DNA of 64,000 bases from Raillietiella orientalis (GCA_036172245.1 JAYWIR010000022.1:992001-1056000); one strand, 5' to 3'; counted from the stretch's first letter, positions 12,451 through 26,219 are shown. Translations and numbers: made by a program. Notes: generated from the letters alone by a model not told the origin.

Positions 12451-15400
12451 CTGTCCACCAGGGAACAGAAGCCGGTGTTCGTTCATGGCAGCGAGGAGCG
12501 CAGCTGCGATCCTCTGGGTGATTCGCCGTGATTCGCCTATGTTGCAGGGAATGGTCAGCTGGTTCGCTACCTTCGCACAACTTCCTCTGCGAACTTCTTC
12601 CTCTCCTTCATCTTCCAAAGAGCGACCTCTGAGCAACGGCAGCTCTTCGCTTCCTCTGTCCTACTGCCAACCCCGCTGTGCAGAAAATTTCCTCGCTCCG
12701 TTTGGTGCTCTTCAGTTCGGGCTGCTACGGGGAATCACGGAACGCTTCATCTCTCTTGCCCTTGTCCCTGTGGCTTGGATCTCACCAAACTTTCGTTTAC
12801 CAGCTTCTGTTGGCGCACTGCAGTGCTCCAGCAAGGGAAGCGGAGCGCTCTCACATCTTTCAGTGCCAAGGCACGATCGGATCAGCTCTGCTTTAAAAGC
12901 CCGAGAGAACCGTCGCTGGCAACACGCGTGTTCTTGTTTCCGCATGCAAGCACTCGCATACATACGCAGACATCTCTGACTCATGTGCGTGCATGCAGGT
13001 ATGTGTATACATGCAATGCGTACAAGCGGAAAAATGTATTCGATGGCACCGGTGGTGGAGAGAGAGGTTGTAGTTACAAACGAGGAAGTTCGGAATAGGA
13101 AGATTCGGAACGGAGGATCCAGAAAACTCGGAATGGGAAGGTGTGGTTTTTTCTCACGCAGCTGCAGTGGTAGCGTGTTTAGTGGTTTACGTCCATCTGA
13201 AATACTCATCTGGAACACACACGTCGGGGACTGCGTGTTCTCTTTTCTCGTAAATTACTATTTTTTTTTTTTTTTTTGGCCACGTGCAACATATTCAGTG
13301 ACCAACTTTTCGGCAGTGATGTCTCAGCGGCAGGGACGGAGTCTCTGACTGTTTACTCGCTCCCAATTGCACAAGGCAAAAAAAGCAGCCTTTCTTCGGC
13401 ATGAAGGATGGGAATCGCAATTTTCTTCGTAAACATTAAGAGGAGTAAAAGGAAAGAGGAGTGAAAGAAAAAAAAAGTGCGAGATGAGAGACGACATGGG
13501 GACTTGAACAAGTGGATCTCGCTATCACCAAGGCTGTGGAATCTGGCATTTAATGAGGGAAATCCATCATTTACGAGCTGATGGGTTCTTTGGCCGCCAT
13601 TTGGTGAACTTTTTCTGGAAGGAAATGCCTTCAGCTGAAACCTTTGTCTCCAACCTCGCTTCCATTTATTGGCAAACATTCTTCGGATGCAAAAAAGTCA
13701 TTCATTTACCAAAATCATCCACATCAGTGCAAAGCATCCTCTCCTTGCATCGAAGGTGCACTGATGCACATGACAGGAAGTTAATATTCATCCTTCAAAA
13801 TCTTCCCATGTCATCCCAACAGGATTCCCGAGATGCTCATTCTGAGCACATTTTTGATGTAAGTTGTGTGCGCTCACTTAGAGATGGCCGGGACCCAGAA
13901 TTGCTGGTAATTTCGCGAGGTGCATTCATGAATTTTAAAATGACTGCTTCCAATTCCAAGGAGGGACGCAGTCAGTAGCTGCACGAAGAACAGGAAGACT
14001 CGCAAATAGATCTTTAGATCGGGCACCATCCGGTGACTCGCCCCATTTCTGTCACCTTGTGCGCCCACTCTCTATTTAGCACCACTCGAGCATGGCATTC
14101 TGCAAAATTTTATTCTGCTCCGCTACGCTGTACACCGAAACAGCGGGTAGGAACAGCAGGTTGCCAGACATCGGTCTGGAAACCGTTTAGGAACGGGTGT
14201 TTGTCGCTTTATGAAAAAGGCAGTTCTTTTGAGTGGTAGGAGAGTTGACTGCTCATTTGTCGTCTCGAGACGCAGATCTCTGCGACATCCGACAACGGTG
14301 ATGTGCGCAACAACGCAAAAGCTGCTTGTGAGGAATGCTGCGAAATATTCGAACTGCCGTGACGGAAGTTCAAATGAGAAACAACCACACAACGAAGTAT
14401 TAAGCACGCAAGTTGCCCAAAAAGGGAAAGGAGATCTTCCGTGGTCGGTGACTTCCGGGATTTTCCGGGCGCTCGGCGGAGTCGTCTCGTTTGTTGTCAC
14501 GGGGATCTCTTCCGTGGCTCCAGAGCCGTAGATTGATCTGATGGATCCTGGGGGCTCCGCCTTTCTCACCATGGAGCTACACGGGGAATGTTCCGTCACT
14601 CCAGAGATTTCGAGGGTGATGTGGGCGGCGGGAGAATCTGGGAAGGAGTCCTTCCGGCGCTTCGAGGCGACGCAGTCGAAGGGGTAACAGGATGTCCCCT
14701 ATTGTTAGAAGCTCGAAAGGAGGTACAGGTTACCTTCTACGGGACGAGGGAAAGCAGCATGCAAGGGAAGCAGATTTTGTAGAATCTCTCATGGCAGTCC
14801 CGTCTGTCGAGGATGCGGGCGGGAGTTCCCAGTTCGGGAGCATCGCATGAGCATTCCGTGGTCCTCGAACGTCGGTGCGCCCCAGAAGGTCAGTGTACGT
14901 GCCCTCTCAGCCCCGCGATGTGGTGCACGTGCACACATGGGCGTACTCCGAGAGGGAGCTGCCAAGTTTGAGAGCGACGCCGTGAGAGGCAGCACCGGGC
15001 GTGGAGGCGCCTGTCGCACTGGCGACCCCTCCGCCGCCGTGCTGCTCCGCGAAGCTCTCGCTCCGGGCCGCTCCTTTCCACTCCGCCCACTCAAGTTCCG
15101 CGAGCCACCCTCGCGTCGACGTCGATGACAACCCCTCCCTTCCCTCGAACCCTCCTCCTCATGCTCCCCCGAAGCACGGGTGTCCATCTGCCGTCCGATG
15201 GTCAGGAAGAGAGAGAGCGACTCGGAAGTGCCCTATTTTCTTTCCTTTCCTTCCCGTTTGTTACCTAAACCTATTTTCTGCTCTTCCTGCGATGCCCTCT
15301 TGCAAAAGCGAGTGAGGAAAAGAGGACAGCTATGAGGATCCTGAGACCGTAGAAGCTGGTCAGCTCACGAGAAAGGTGACAAAGGAGACTCAGACTTTTT

Positions 15401-15679
15401 TTTCGCTCAGCAGAGACGCTGCCGCCTCGTGTTCCTGGTGGTGAGGAGGCGAAACAATGACGGAGGAGGCCAGAGCTGAGGATCCTGACCACGGGAAAAA
15501 GGGCGCCGTCCTCGGAATTCGGCGATCTGGGATTGGTTTGTCGTCGAGCATAAGAAGGAATAGGATCAGGCAGAAGAGTACCATGGAGGTTCCTCTGGGG
15601 GTAGGTAAAAGCAAAGACGAGAGAACGCTGCCGCCGATGAAGGGAGAGCAGGTTCGGCATCAATAAATGCGACAATGAC

Positions 15680-16000
15680 ACAAAGATAGGGAAATAACAC
15701 TGGACGAGCTTGCAAAACGCGAGGCAGCACTCAAGGAGACCTCGGTTTCTCGTTTCAAGAGGGAGGCATCCAAAAGAGTGTGCCATGGTGAGACGTACAC
15801 TGAGGAAGTCAGCCCAGGAACCCACATGAGAAAGTGGAAAAGGAATTCCAGAGAAATCCTCGAAGAATCTTCTGTGATCCCCCGGGTAGGTTGGATACAC
15901 ATCTGCCAAGAAAAATGCAACTATGGAAGCTGCGATTCGCGCAGAAGAGAAGAATCGGGTGCTCCCTGGCATTTTCAGTGGTATCTTGGTCTCCAAGGAG
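15680..16000 (-). mobile_element. Possible hAT transposase relic
   Basis: LKMPGSTRFFSS (cf. l..p..TRW.S) and LLECCLAFCKLVQ (cf. il.p....t..lQ). Confidence 0.3.
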
Positions 16001-16769
16001 AATGGCTGTCTCGTTTCATCTCCTTTAGAAGAAAGAAAGCTCCATGTGTTCCCAATGCTCCATAGTCTGTGAGACGCTCCCTTATCCTCTTGACAGTTTC
16101 CGAGATGAGAAACTTCGAAGCAAACTGCCCACAGGTCCTTCCGAGACTTCCGAGAGCTCGAGGATTCTGAAAAAAAAAAAAAAGAAAAAAAAAGCGGATT
16201 GGGAAGATGAGCTTAGGATTACCAGCATCCAAGTGATCAGGGGCTAGGAATCTTTTCTGTCATGGTTGCGTGGCGGAAGAGGACCTGGAAGGCTTGCTCC
16301 GAACTGAGAACTACCAAGCGACGGCAACAGCGTGCAATGAGGCTGCTGAACCGTGAACCATAAAGTTCAGACGGCCGAACACCATGATGACTCCGAACTC
16401 CGCCATCTTACACCCCGGTGGCAACTACGGAACAAGTTTAAATGAAACCATGCCTAGTCAAGGTTAAAGGTGCCAACGGCAGCAGCAGACTTCGGTCACA
16501 AGCCGGAGTTCCTACTGAATAACAAGACAGAGTCGTCTTGCCTTCTAAATGGGACCTTGGAAACTTCCAGGCTCTTGGATTTGCATGCCGATATCGGAAC
16601 AACCCGCGAGGTCATGAGTGAGATGAGGGCTTCTTGGTATACATGGAGACCGAGGTCTTCGCAGAGCGGAGTTTCATTCATTTACGAGAGACATGCGTAC
16701 AGGGTAAGCGAAGATGGTCCACATTCCTACGAGGTCGAATGTGGAACCTCCTATGAAGAAGTGCTTCAA

Positions 16770-17700
16770 GCATGGGAGAACTCAGGGAGATGGTCAGGAA
16801 GATGATGCGTGGAGATTTCTCTGCAAAAGTGTTTACTGAGGATTCAAATGAAGCAGCCAGTTTCTTCAAAGCTCGCATCAGCTGTTGCACCGCAGAAAGT
16901 GCGTATTCAAGCAGGAGATGTGCGAAATGCTGGAAACAAGATGTAACTAAGAAGTGCCATTTCTACAAGGAAGAATGGCACTCCAATGTAAGGCCTGGAT
17001 ACAGATAGACCAGGCGAGACAGTGCTGGAGAAACAAACCTTACAAAAGAAAGAGGAAGGGATGTAGAAGAAGCCAGAGCCCACTAACGGACCAGCGCACC
17101 TTCTGAAGAGGTTCGCACAAAAGGAGCTCTTGCTCCAGAAGACAAAAGTAAAACAGAGGATCCTGAGCGTCCTCTTCAGAGGAAGCGAAAAGTGCTTTGA
17201 GGGATAACAACAACCTCTCCTAGCCCTGGAAAGAAAAAGAAGAGGTAGCGACGGTAGCGCAGATGCGGCACTGCCTCAAGAAGACAGCAGACGTGTATCT
17301 ACAGAACTAGCAGACGATGACGAGGCATGCCGACCGAAAAAAAAAAGAGAACAAAGATCCATTACAGATATCCGAAGAGTCTACTTCATCGGACAGTGAA
17401 GTCTGGAGAACGAGGTCTGGAAGATGGTAGTTTCACTATACACCTCGTTCAGTGAAGCGAAAAGAAGAACCAGCACAGGAAACCTTAAAGAGGGTAAAAA
17501 GAGGAAGCGTCGGAAGCACGCTAAGAACTCTATCACCTGTTCAGCTCTCCTCTGCCTCCTAAACTGGTCATTAGCTCCTCAACTGGAGCAAATATCAGAG
17601 TTCCCTGGGAATACAAGTGGAATTAGAAGCCCCCCAAAGCATCGGAGGGTTGTGCAGTATGCAAGGTATGGAAACAGCATATGCAGGCAAGAGGTCCATA
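16770..17700 (+). mobile_element. Degraded L1/Tx1-like LINE: ORF1 zinc knuckle and start of the ORF2 endonuclease
   Basis: RRCAKCWKQ..KKC knuckle relic followed by a low-complexity basic tail, then NTSGIRSPPKHRRVVQY..ICRQEVH (cf. NvrGl.s..Kr..v..iclQEtH). Confidence 0.45.
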
Positions 17701-18589
17701 AAACGGTCAAGGAGATCATAAAGGAGTTGTAGCAGTCCATGAACAAGCAACTCTTCATCCAAAATCTTGGCACCTCCGGGTTCAAAGTAACTCTATCTGC
17801 CAGCGAAAGGACCTCAGGAAGGTCGAACGCGATGGTCGAATCGCCGGTTCTGGTGCGGAAAATTTTCTTTTTTCTTGTGAGCCAATATTGACGTCTAAGA
17901 GTGCACAGCTTTGCAAAAAATTTGCCGAATGACCCCCAAGCTGTGGATGGTATCCTTTATTGAGTTGGGAGAGTTCGGACGGGCAGATAAAATGTTGACC
18001 TGACCATCTGCGCTCAAAGCATGAAGATCCATCGTCACCATTTGAACGACGATGAATTCCAGCTGAGCTGACTTAGCAACAACCTCCGAAACTGCAGCCA
18101 AGTGGATCGGAACGCGGCCCATTCGGTTGCAGTTTCTCTGCAACCTACGAAAACGAAAAGCAAGCAAGCTTCGGGGTTCTTTCAAAAGGATCTAGACCAC
18201 GATCGCCTCCATGCAACTACGAAAGGGAAATATTAGTCTTTGTTAGGCTCAATGGCGCCTCCTCGAAGTCTACGGGCGACTAAGGTGATTGTAGGCGAAT
18301 CGTGGGTCGGCTTAGATTAGCTAGAGACCTCGATTCGCGAAGAAGGAGAACGCCAACCTCTTGAGCTAGTCGAATGCAATCGCTTCCAAGGATTAGAGAG
18401 CCGCTTCAAGACTGCTCTATGCAGACGCATGCTTACCTGGTGGTCGTCAAGGTTGTGGCAAAGGCTCTTTGAAAGCTCATGCATAAAGTGAGAATTCTCT
18501 GATGGATGCTTGCAAGATATGTGCAGTTTCAGGCCGGTACATGTGAGAGAACATCAAATGAGCCGTGAGCATCGTAGTTCTGTGTAATT

Positions 18590-19240
18590 GGAAACACTAT
18601 CGGATTCAGCAATAGACAATGTAGATGTCAGGAAAATCATGGGAAAGCTAGGATTCCTAACTCACCTGAAGGAAAAATTACCAGAAGTCTCATATTTCAC
18701 CGTCACCATCGATGGCTGGGACAAGAACATGATGTGCATGAGAAAAACTGTGAGGCCGAGGGAATACGCTGACCTCAGTACTTTCCATGCTACAATTGGA
18801 AGTGATACAGAAGTAAGCCGTGGGCTACGAGGGCTCTTGGTCGGTTAGCAGTGGTTGCGACTCTCGGTGTATGTCGGTAATATCCTGTTCTTCATAATCG
18901 AATGTAGCAATCAAAAAGTCATGAGCACAGCCAGGAAGAAGCTGGAGGAAGGACTGGATCCGAGAGTCAACTCTCAGAGGTCCAAAAGTTGAACAGTGAG
19001 AATCTTAGATATCAGAAGCCTCATGGTATTGAAAGCACAATGCCTCAAGTCTGCGCATTAAGGGCATTGGAGTTGCTCACCGAAATCTCTAGCAGAGTCT
19101 ACACAGTTGACGGAAGTCTGTATATCAGTGGAAGAAGAGGGCATCGCGGTCAATCTCTCCTATAGGAAACCAGTGAAGCTTTGGAGTAAAATGTTGCTCC
19201 AACGATGTTCTACAGCTCGACTCTGTTTCCTATCATCCCG
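18590..19240 (+). mobile_element. hAT transposase relic
   Basis: LKEKLPEVSYFTVTIDGWD (first catalytic Asp motif, s.t.DgW), NQKVMSTARKKLEE (cf. dna.nM..Ar..l) and QRCSTARLCFLS (cf. tRWss...cl.s). Confidence 0.45.
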
Positions 19241-22200
19241 CAGGCGAGAGCAGAGTTCTCGAAAATGAAGGGAAGCACTGGTGCAGCGAGGAAGAAAACC
19301 CAACGTCGAGATGCTGCCCTCCTGTTGACGGAAAGAAGAAACAGGCATCGGAACGGAAGTCTCGACCTTGCATAAGACGTAGCAAGCATCAAGAAGGTTC
19401 TGGTAGCAGCGCCAAGTTCGAACGAATGGTAGCGTCGCGCTTACAGGAGAGTCTGCAAAAGGGTGACTGGGAAGGTCCATTGCCCACCCTCACAGGCCAC
19501 AAAATATGGTGGGACTTTCTACCATGCGAAGGAAACAACAACTAGCCCGATGCTTCCAGGCTTTTCTAAAGGAGAAGACAGGAAGAGAACACATAATTGA
19601 TTTCATTCCCATGGACGACTGAGTATCAGCGTTATTTTCCACATTTGAAGATCGGTGATGGAGATGAACTCGTTTTTCGGAGGCTCATCTGACGGAATTC
19701 TTCTCTTCAACTGTAGAATAAACATCAAGTGACGCTTACTGCTCAGCCTAGTGAAGATATGAGTAGACAAAGTGCACGAGTGGAGCAAGTTGATGTTACG
19801 GAGACCGAGGTATGCATAAGAAGCGAAACCTTCGTGGAAACGAAGACAGGGACGAGATCCTCCGAGGCCACTGGACGATGCCATCGGGATCAAACCTATC
19901 GTTGCAGGACACATAATAATCACGTTCATTCATGGAAGTTTTCTGTGTAGCCGTGAACTCAAGCACCGGACCGTAAATCTGTCCGGAAAGTTCTGCAAAG
20001 CATGTGGAGACCGGGATTGGGAGCTCCACAGCTTCACCCGCCTAATGTTGGAGCAAGATTGGGACTTCCTCACACGGATGATGGATAATGCTGCTCAGAA
20101 AACCTAGTGAGGAAATTTTGAATGGTTCTGCCATCTTATCCTCCGATAGCTCAGACATATGCGGACGGAGTTGGTTTCCAAGGGAGCATTAATAAAGATA
20201 CACATCCATGGAAAATGGAGTGTGGGTGCCAGCAAGGAGCGTCGTAGGAAGCCTCTCGAGAACAGAAACAGTCTTCAGACGGTGTACAGGTGTTCCTCTC
20301 AAGAGCTTAACGATAAATGGCAGGGTGGATGATCCCACAATTTTGAGGTCAATTATGAAGGCTCGCGAAACAGCGGTGCTGAAAAGAACCTTTATGGAAG
20401 GACGGCATGAAGAGCTGCCTAGATTCCCTGGGCGTGTAAGGCATCCAAAAGTGAAAGACATCATGAAAGACAGTCAGGTGATCCGCCCATTTGCGAAGAG
20501 AAACCAAAGAGCTGCCGCCATCTGTTATTCTCGGAGCGCGGATCCAAAAAGTCCGTGCTGCGCGTCCTGTTGCGCACAATCGATGCGGGATTTTCTGGTC
20601 TGCACCCCCTGGAGTCAGACGGAAGGCGGAAGAGCACGTCCGGGGTATATGCATCCTAGCATTTCCGTCCCAGGACTGTGCACCCAACCAGATCCTCCCA
20701 CGTCTTTCGCATATTCTTCCCTGAGCTCAGGGAGCAGAGCTGTGAGCCTCACGGCCGTCCCTGCTTCTCAAGCTTCCTTTCGCTTGATCTTGGGAGAGAA
20801 AGTATTGAGGGAGGAGGCAGGCAGCCTGGACTGCACGTCCGGTTGCCCGGGCATCCCCCAGCAGCCCGCTCTTTCCCCCAGAGGAACGCCCTTATTCCCA
20901 GAGTGGAAAGTCTCGAGCGCGGACCGAAGCCGTTTCCGGTTTGACCTAGAGGATGCCACGTTGCAAATCTATTTCCGTCCCCTGGGTCTGGCATCGGTCC
21001 CCACCGATAGTGTGGGAGGCGCCGCAGGACAAGAGGCGGACCGCGAGGCAGGGGAATCGAGGGGGAGGAGAAGGGCGTGCTCTAACGGGAGGAACAGGGA
21101 ATCAGGGAAGCAAAGATGTCGCTCTGTGGGCGACGTCCATCACCTGCAAACGTTGCTGCAGCTGGCTGTATCGATAGCGTCTCCGGCGAAGGGGCATCAC
21201 CGGAGCGTCCTGCGCCCCAGCAAAAACAGGCCACCAACTCCAGCATCTTTGTACCTGCATGCCACGAGTCCTTGGTGGTCCACAGAGGTCAAGAGTACCA
21301 CGAAGCGTCTGATCGGGAAAGGCAGGGCGTAGAACCGAGCGCGAGAACCCGTCGTCGTGTAGTTGCGCAGTAGCGCACCGCCTCCGTGGGGAGTGGGCAG
21401 ATGGAAGTGTCTTTTCAGCGGAAGGGTTGGGGTGACTTCCGCCTATTCCTCACTGGGGGCGGCAATCTCTCCTCCAGGAATGGATCCAGATACCTCGCTC
21501 TCCTTGTTTGGTCCCCATTTGTTTCCAAAAGGTAGGTAGGCCTGTCCTCCGCTCTCTTATCCGATGTTCAACGGATCTGTCCCTGAGTGCTCTTCTGGAT
21601 GGAAAGAGCACGCAGAGTCTGCCCGTGACGTGAGCTCCGCCTCATGGGACGCCTACGTGACTTCGTCCGTTCACGAGGGATCCCATTGGGAGAGGTGCTC
21701 AAAGGAGGTGAGTGGGGTGAAGGAGGCAAGGGAGCAGCCTGGCAACTCTTCCTCCTTCCCCTTTCTCCCTTTCCTCACTATTCGTCTGATCAAGGCCTAC
21801 GAGCAGACTGCTGCGACGCGGCCTCGTGGGGACCTGCCGGTTTGGGAGGGCGCTTAGGGGCGAAGGAGAGGGAGAAAAGGCGAGGACGAAGGTAAAAAAC
21901 TTCCGTCCTCTTCGGCTCTTCTGGAAACGGCACATCTTCAAGGTAGGACGATAGAGAGAGAGGATTGCCGAGCGGCTCGAAACCACTGCCTTCTCGTCCA
22001 AAAGTGCTGGGGGCGACCCGAAAGCTGACCAGGTTTGTCGGTCGTCTGATGTCTAACATCTGATGAGAAGTCTTAACCATCCTTGGATGCGGTTCCCCTG
22101 TGGATCAATTTCCTCTTCGACCTGATCCAATTTGGTCTTTACAGCAGGTCGGGTGGTTTGGGTCCTGGGTTGCTAGACATCCATGAAAGGGGAGGAAAGG

Positions 22201-22305
22201 AATAAGGAGACGACGAGGAGTGTCAGACAGATTCCTCTCTACATCTGCTCCTATCCTGGAATGAATCGAGTGTTCTTCTCCGAAATGTGGAGATAAGGAA
22301 TAGCA

Positions 22306-22800
22306 TCATGAAGACCGGTCTACGCTGAAGGCAAAGGTGTCCACACTCGGATGGCGAGAGCCACGCTCAGGCTTCCGTATGGCTGGGTCGAACGCAAGGC
22401 TGACAAGGAGTGATAGGATCCAGTTTCTGAGAGCGCACTGCTGGAATTCAAAGCGTGAGAGTGGATACAAAACTCCATCAGAGCACATCACCTCTAAGGG
22501 CGCGTCAAGTCCAGCATCCTCTCTCTCTCTCCAAGTCTGCTAGGGGAGCCTCTGTCGGAGCGATGATCTTCTGGAAAGCTTCCGGCACTGTGAACTTGGC
22601 AATCGAAGACGATTGAAGGGGCGTCGGGAGCGCACGTGAAACTGAAATTCTTTCCGCCCGACTTCCGTCCGACATATTCCCGCAAGCCTGAGGGGATGAC
22701 GGATTTAGCGCCATCGTTCTTCAGTGCCTCAGAAGCATCGAGGTCCGGAAAGAAAGTACTTGCACGCGCTCGCGTGCGCGCGTCTTCCCTTCCAGAGTAA
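22306..22800 (-). mobile_element. Non-LTR reverse transcriptase relic
   Basis: ILSLLVSLAFDPAIRK..VDTFAFSVD (cf. PLSPLLFNLAIDPLLR..LAFADD). Confidence 0.4.
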
Positions 22801-23875
22801 GATACTTCGGCTGCTGCAGTTGTCCGTAGTTGAGGGATTGCCTCCCCGACGTGGATGACTCTTCTCACCTCTTGCATGTGCGTCTTCTTGCTCAGCTTCT
22901 CTCGCTTCCACGAGCCTGTCTCCTAGAGACCTCTCTGTGCCTCCACTCCAGGAACTGATTTTGAACCAAACACAGAATCCTCGATCTCTACGTTTACTAC
23001 ACGGCAGGGGGGTCGGTTTCGGATGGGGACGATTTGCTGCGGAGGAAGAAAAGAGCATTCTCTCGTTTCCCTCAAGGAAAAGAAGTAGTAGAGAAAAGTG
23101 TAAGAATAGGGGAGGGATACGTCCGTGACATAAGGTAGCAGCAGAAACATCAATGGCTTGAGAGTAGTTATAAGAATAGGAGAGATTATATTCATAGTTC
23201 GATTTTTGCTTCGTTTTCTCCTATTTTATCTGAAAAAAAAAAAAAAAATTTCGAATCGATGGTAACGTTCAGAGAGTCAAAACTGATGGTTAGGATGCTG
23301 ATCTTCAGCAATGTCAAAAAAACCTTGAGCATCTGGTTGCAGAGCGAGCAGCACTCAGGTCTCTTTTTTTTTTTGTTCCTTTTGCCTTTCATTGCATCTT
23401 AGAGCAGCTAAGAACACGTGCTGGAAAACATTCCTGCAGCTGATTATACATGACTGGAGGCTGGAGATCTCGAGGTGGAGAACAGGTATGTTCCAGTCAC
23501 TGAACGCATTGGATGTTGTTCATCTTGAATGAGGACCATTCGCGAATGTTCGCGAACTAAGGGACAGCTAATGTTGCTACACGAGGCACGGAGGAAGACA
23601 GAACCCACTTGTTCAGCAAGAACTCTCGACTCTCGTTGTGTTCCTCTTAATTCCTTGAGAGTTCGTACGAGAGAAACACAGGATTCATTCGTGCAGCGCG
23701 AGAAAACGGCCACAATTTAGCATAGAGGAAAGGGAAAGAGGATAAATCAAACTTGTTGTTGACCCTTTCAAGGCGTGTTTTCTCACTCTGCAAAGAGATC
23801 TCTGAGGTCGACGCAGAAACTGCAAGAAAATATGCAGCACACCATCAATTAAGCTATTGAGAATCACTCTTATCC

Positions 23876-23911
23876 TTCTGAGGCAGGATAAATCTCTGTC
23901 CTGCCTCAGAA
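23876..23911. repeat. Hairpin with a 13-bp perfect stem
   Basis: ttctgaggcagga, 10-nt loop, tcctgcctcagaa. Confidence 0.8.
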
Positions 23912-24772
23912 TCTCTTGTTAAGAAATGCCAATTGTGATTCAAAAATTCGAGGGTGTTTCATGGTTTGTTGATGCGTGGCACTCTTGACAAACGGGTACC
24001 AACCGCGACACGACACGAAGTCAAGGATTCTCCTTTCTACCTCCTTTCCCCATTCCTTTTAAGCAACAGCTCTACATAGGTGATGGCCCACGATGCCGCC
24101 AGTTTGGTGTTCCCATACGGGATGGGAGCTTCCCAATTAATTGACTCCTCCATTCAGGAAGGTGACTGAGAAATGCATGTGCGTCTTCTTGCTCATGCCA
24201 ATTCTGGAAGAAAAATATCAGCATCCAATAGCAGAGCTTCGTACCGTATCTTCTTGCATCTTGTAAGAAGACTTATCGGAACGTACGGTCTCACTGAACT
24301 TTATAAAGAAGAAGCACCTGAGAAATGATAAAGCGGAGGAACTCGTGTGGGGAAAGAGGGAGCGGGACTAAGAGTTGAGTGAGAAGCATGTGAAATGCAT
24401 AGATGTTCCCGAAGAGCTTCTACTTGATCTTAAAAACCATCTTCCATCTCTAGAAAGAGCTTTGAGGAGTCCTCCGTGACGGGGTCCGATGAGCGGCTAC
24501 TGAACTACCCTGAGGCGCCAGCAACCCTTCCTGTCTGCTTCGTTTTAGCATAGACTCAGGCGGGCCCTGAACTTGGCGGCAGGTGCAGTCTCTGGAAAGG
24601 AAGCCTTTCCATTGTCTGGTGGCAGAATGAGAGGTAAGAGCACACAGTCAGTCCCTTCAAGACTCGTACCATAGTGCGCTTATCATCGTTGGGCAGCAGG
24701 TAGCAACTTTGAATCGCAATTGTGCTTCTGGATGCACCAAGGGACCTCTCCTTGAAAAGGTGAAAAAAGATA

Positions 24773-24824
24773 AGCTTTTAGGACTATCTTTTAGTACTAA
24801 AAGCTAAAGATAGTCCTAAAAGCT
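24773..24824. repeat. Perfect 19-bp inverted repeat with an internal palindrome
   Basis: agcttttaggactatcttt (24773-24791) and aaagatagtcctaaaagct (24806-24824), with the overlapping palindrome ttttagtactaaaa. Confidence 0.85.
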
Positions 24825-24959
24825 GCTCGGCATGGGAGCAGTCTACAGATGCTGTAGGAGAACTTTTTGGGAGGAAGACGAGCATGTATGACGAAGAACA
24901 GCAGGTGGTTCTTCGAAGTAACAGACCACTTTCTCTTATGACACTGAAGAGCCATCTCG

Positions 24960-25290
24960 AACAGGAGATGGATTCTGTTTCTTGATTGTCGGGAAGCGCA
25001 ACAGGAAGATGACGAGGTACGAGTGGACGATACTCTTCAACTTGTTCCTGATGCTGAAAGGAAGGAAGCTTTCGGGATAGCGGCACGCACTTTCTGGCAT
25101 TTTTTCTGTTTCACAGGGACCAGTTTCAGCATCGACAGCGGTCTATGCCGAAGGCAAAGATGTGCAATTCTTCGTGGCAGTCTGAGAAACAGTAAGTTTC
25201 AAGCTCGCTAGAGAACCGTCAACAGAGGTTCCTCCGTCAGCATGATGCCCAGGTTGATCTTGCTGTTGGAAGTCAGGCCCAAGTGGCCAC
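24960..25290 (-). mobile_element. Tc1/mariner transposase relic
   Basis: GPDFQQQDQPGHHA (cf. fqQDnAp.H) followed by LPVALPDNQETESI (cf. WP..SPDLNPIE). Confidence 0.35.
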
Positions 25291-25839
25291 CTGACTCGGC
25301 AGGCATCCACTTGGGTCTTCACGCACACATTTTTGAGGGCGTCCGATCATTGCTCCAACTGCTGCTTTCTGTAGTCCTAAATGATGCACACGGCACATTG
25401 GGTGCAGGAGGGGCGCTTTGATTTTGGTAGATGCCTCGGAGGTTCACGGCGAGCCACTCCCCAAATCACGAGGTTAAACAGCGACCAGGCACGGGTTGCA
25501 CACGGGCAGTATCGCGGCCGCTGAACGAAAGGGAGGCGCGATCATTGCTAGTTGAAAATTAAACAGCGACCACAGTCTAGGGGCGGAGGGTGGTTGCCAC
25601 TCGACCTATGAAGGCCCGCCAAGGGGTTTTTCTGGCAAGAATTCACCATCCCAATGATTTCTGCATAGCTGCTTTTTCTTTTTTGAAACTCGGGAAGGAG
25701 TTTACTGGCAGATACGTTCTCCACCAAATCCAAAATCAACACGTTCTCAATCGGAGAAGCGAAGAATACACTTTCATTCTTCCCTGTCTTTTTGGCCCTG
25801 CATCTCTTCCATCTATTTGTGGGACGACTTTGATGTCTC

Positions 25840-25935
25840 CAGCAGGCTTAAGAGTGAGCGACAAATGCTTCAGACAGGCTTGCTGGGCAGACGAATCGGC
25901 CGATCACTTGCTCCAGCATGTCCCCTCTTTTATTA
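25840..25935 (+). mobile_element. LINE ORF2 C-terminal CCHC zinc-finger relic
   Basis: GLRVSDKCFRQACWADESADHLLQHVPSF (cf. g..ds..C..C...Et..H.l..Cp.f). Confidence 0.35.
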
Positions 25936-26219
25936 AGAAGCAACACGGGTCACCTGGATCTGTTATGAATTACTGCTTCAATTTTGCATGTGAATTTCAT
26001 CACTGCAGTGGGTGAATGTAGCGATAAACGGGGGCGCTGGGGTTGATGCCGTAGGATTTTACTCAAATCTCGGCAGAAGCAGGAAAGTGACACCAGATCT
26101 TGCAATCTCCATATTCACCTGGGGAGGAAGATGGGATATTTAATGTTCAAATGTATCCTCAGTAATGCGTTTCCACGTGAAACATTCCGTGCCCAGAAAA
26201 CCTAAAAAAATGCACTGAC

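Noticed and set aside
19991..20080. Nuclear-receptor zinc finger (FCKACGDR..H..LE..FLTR)
   Set aside because: The second cysteine pair and P-box are absent and there is no second finger. It cannot be told from chance.
20208..21332. 374-aa ORF on the + strand
   Set aside because: Ser/Arg/Pro-rich, no recognisable domain, and it crosses a composition boundary. Likely a chance open frame in GC-rich DNA.
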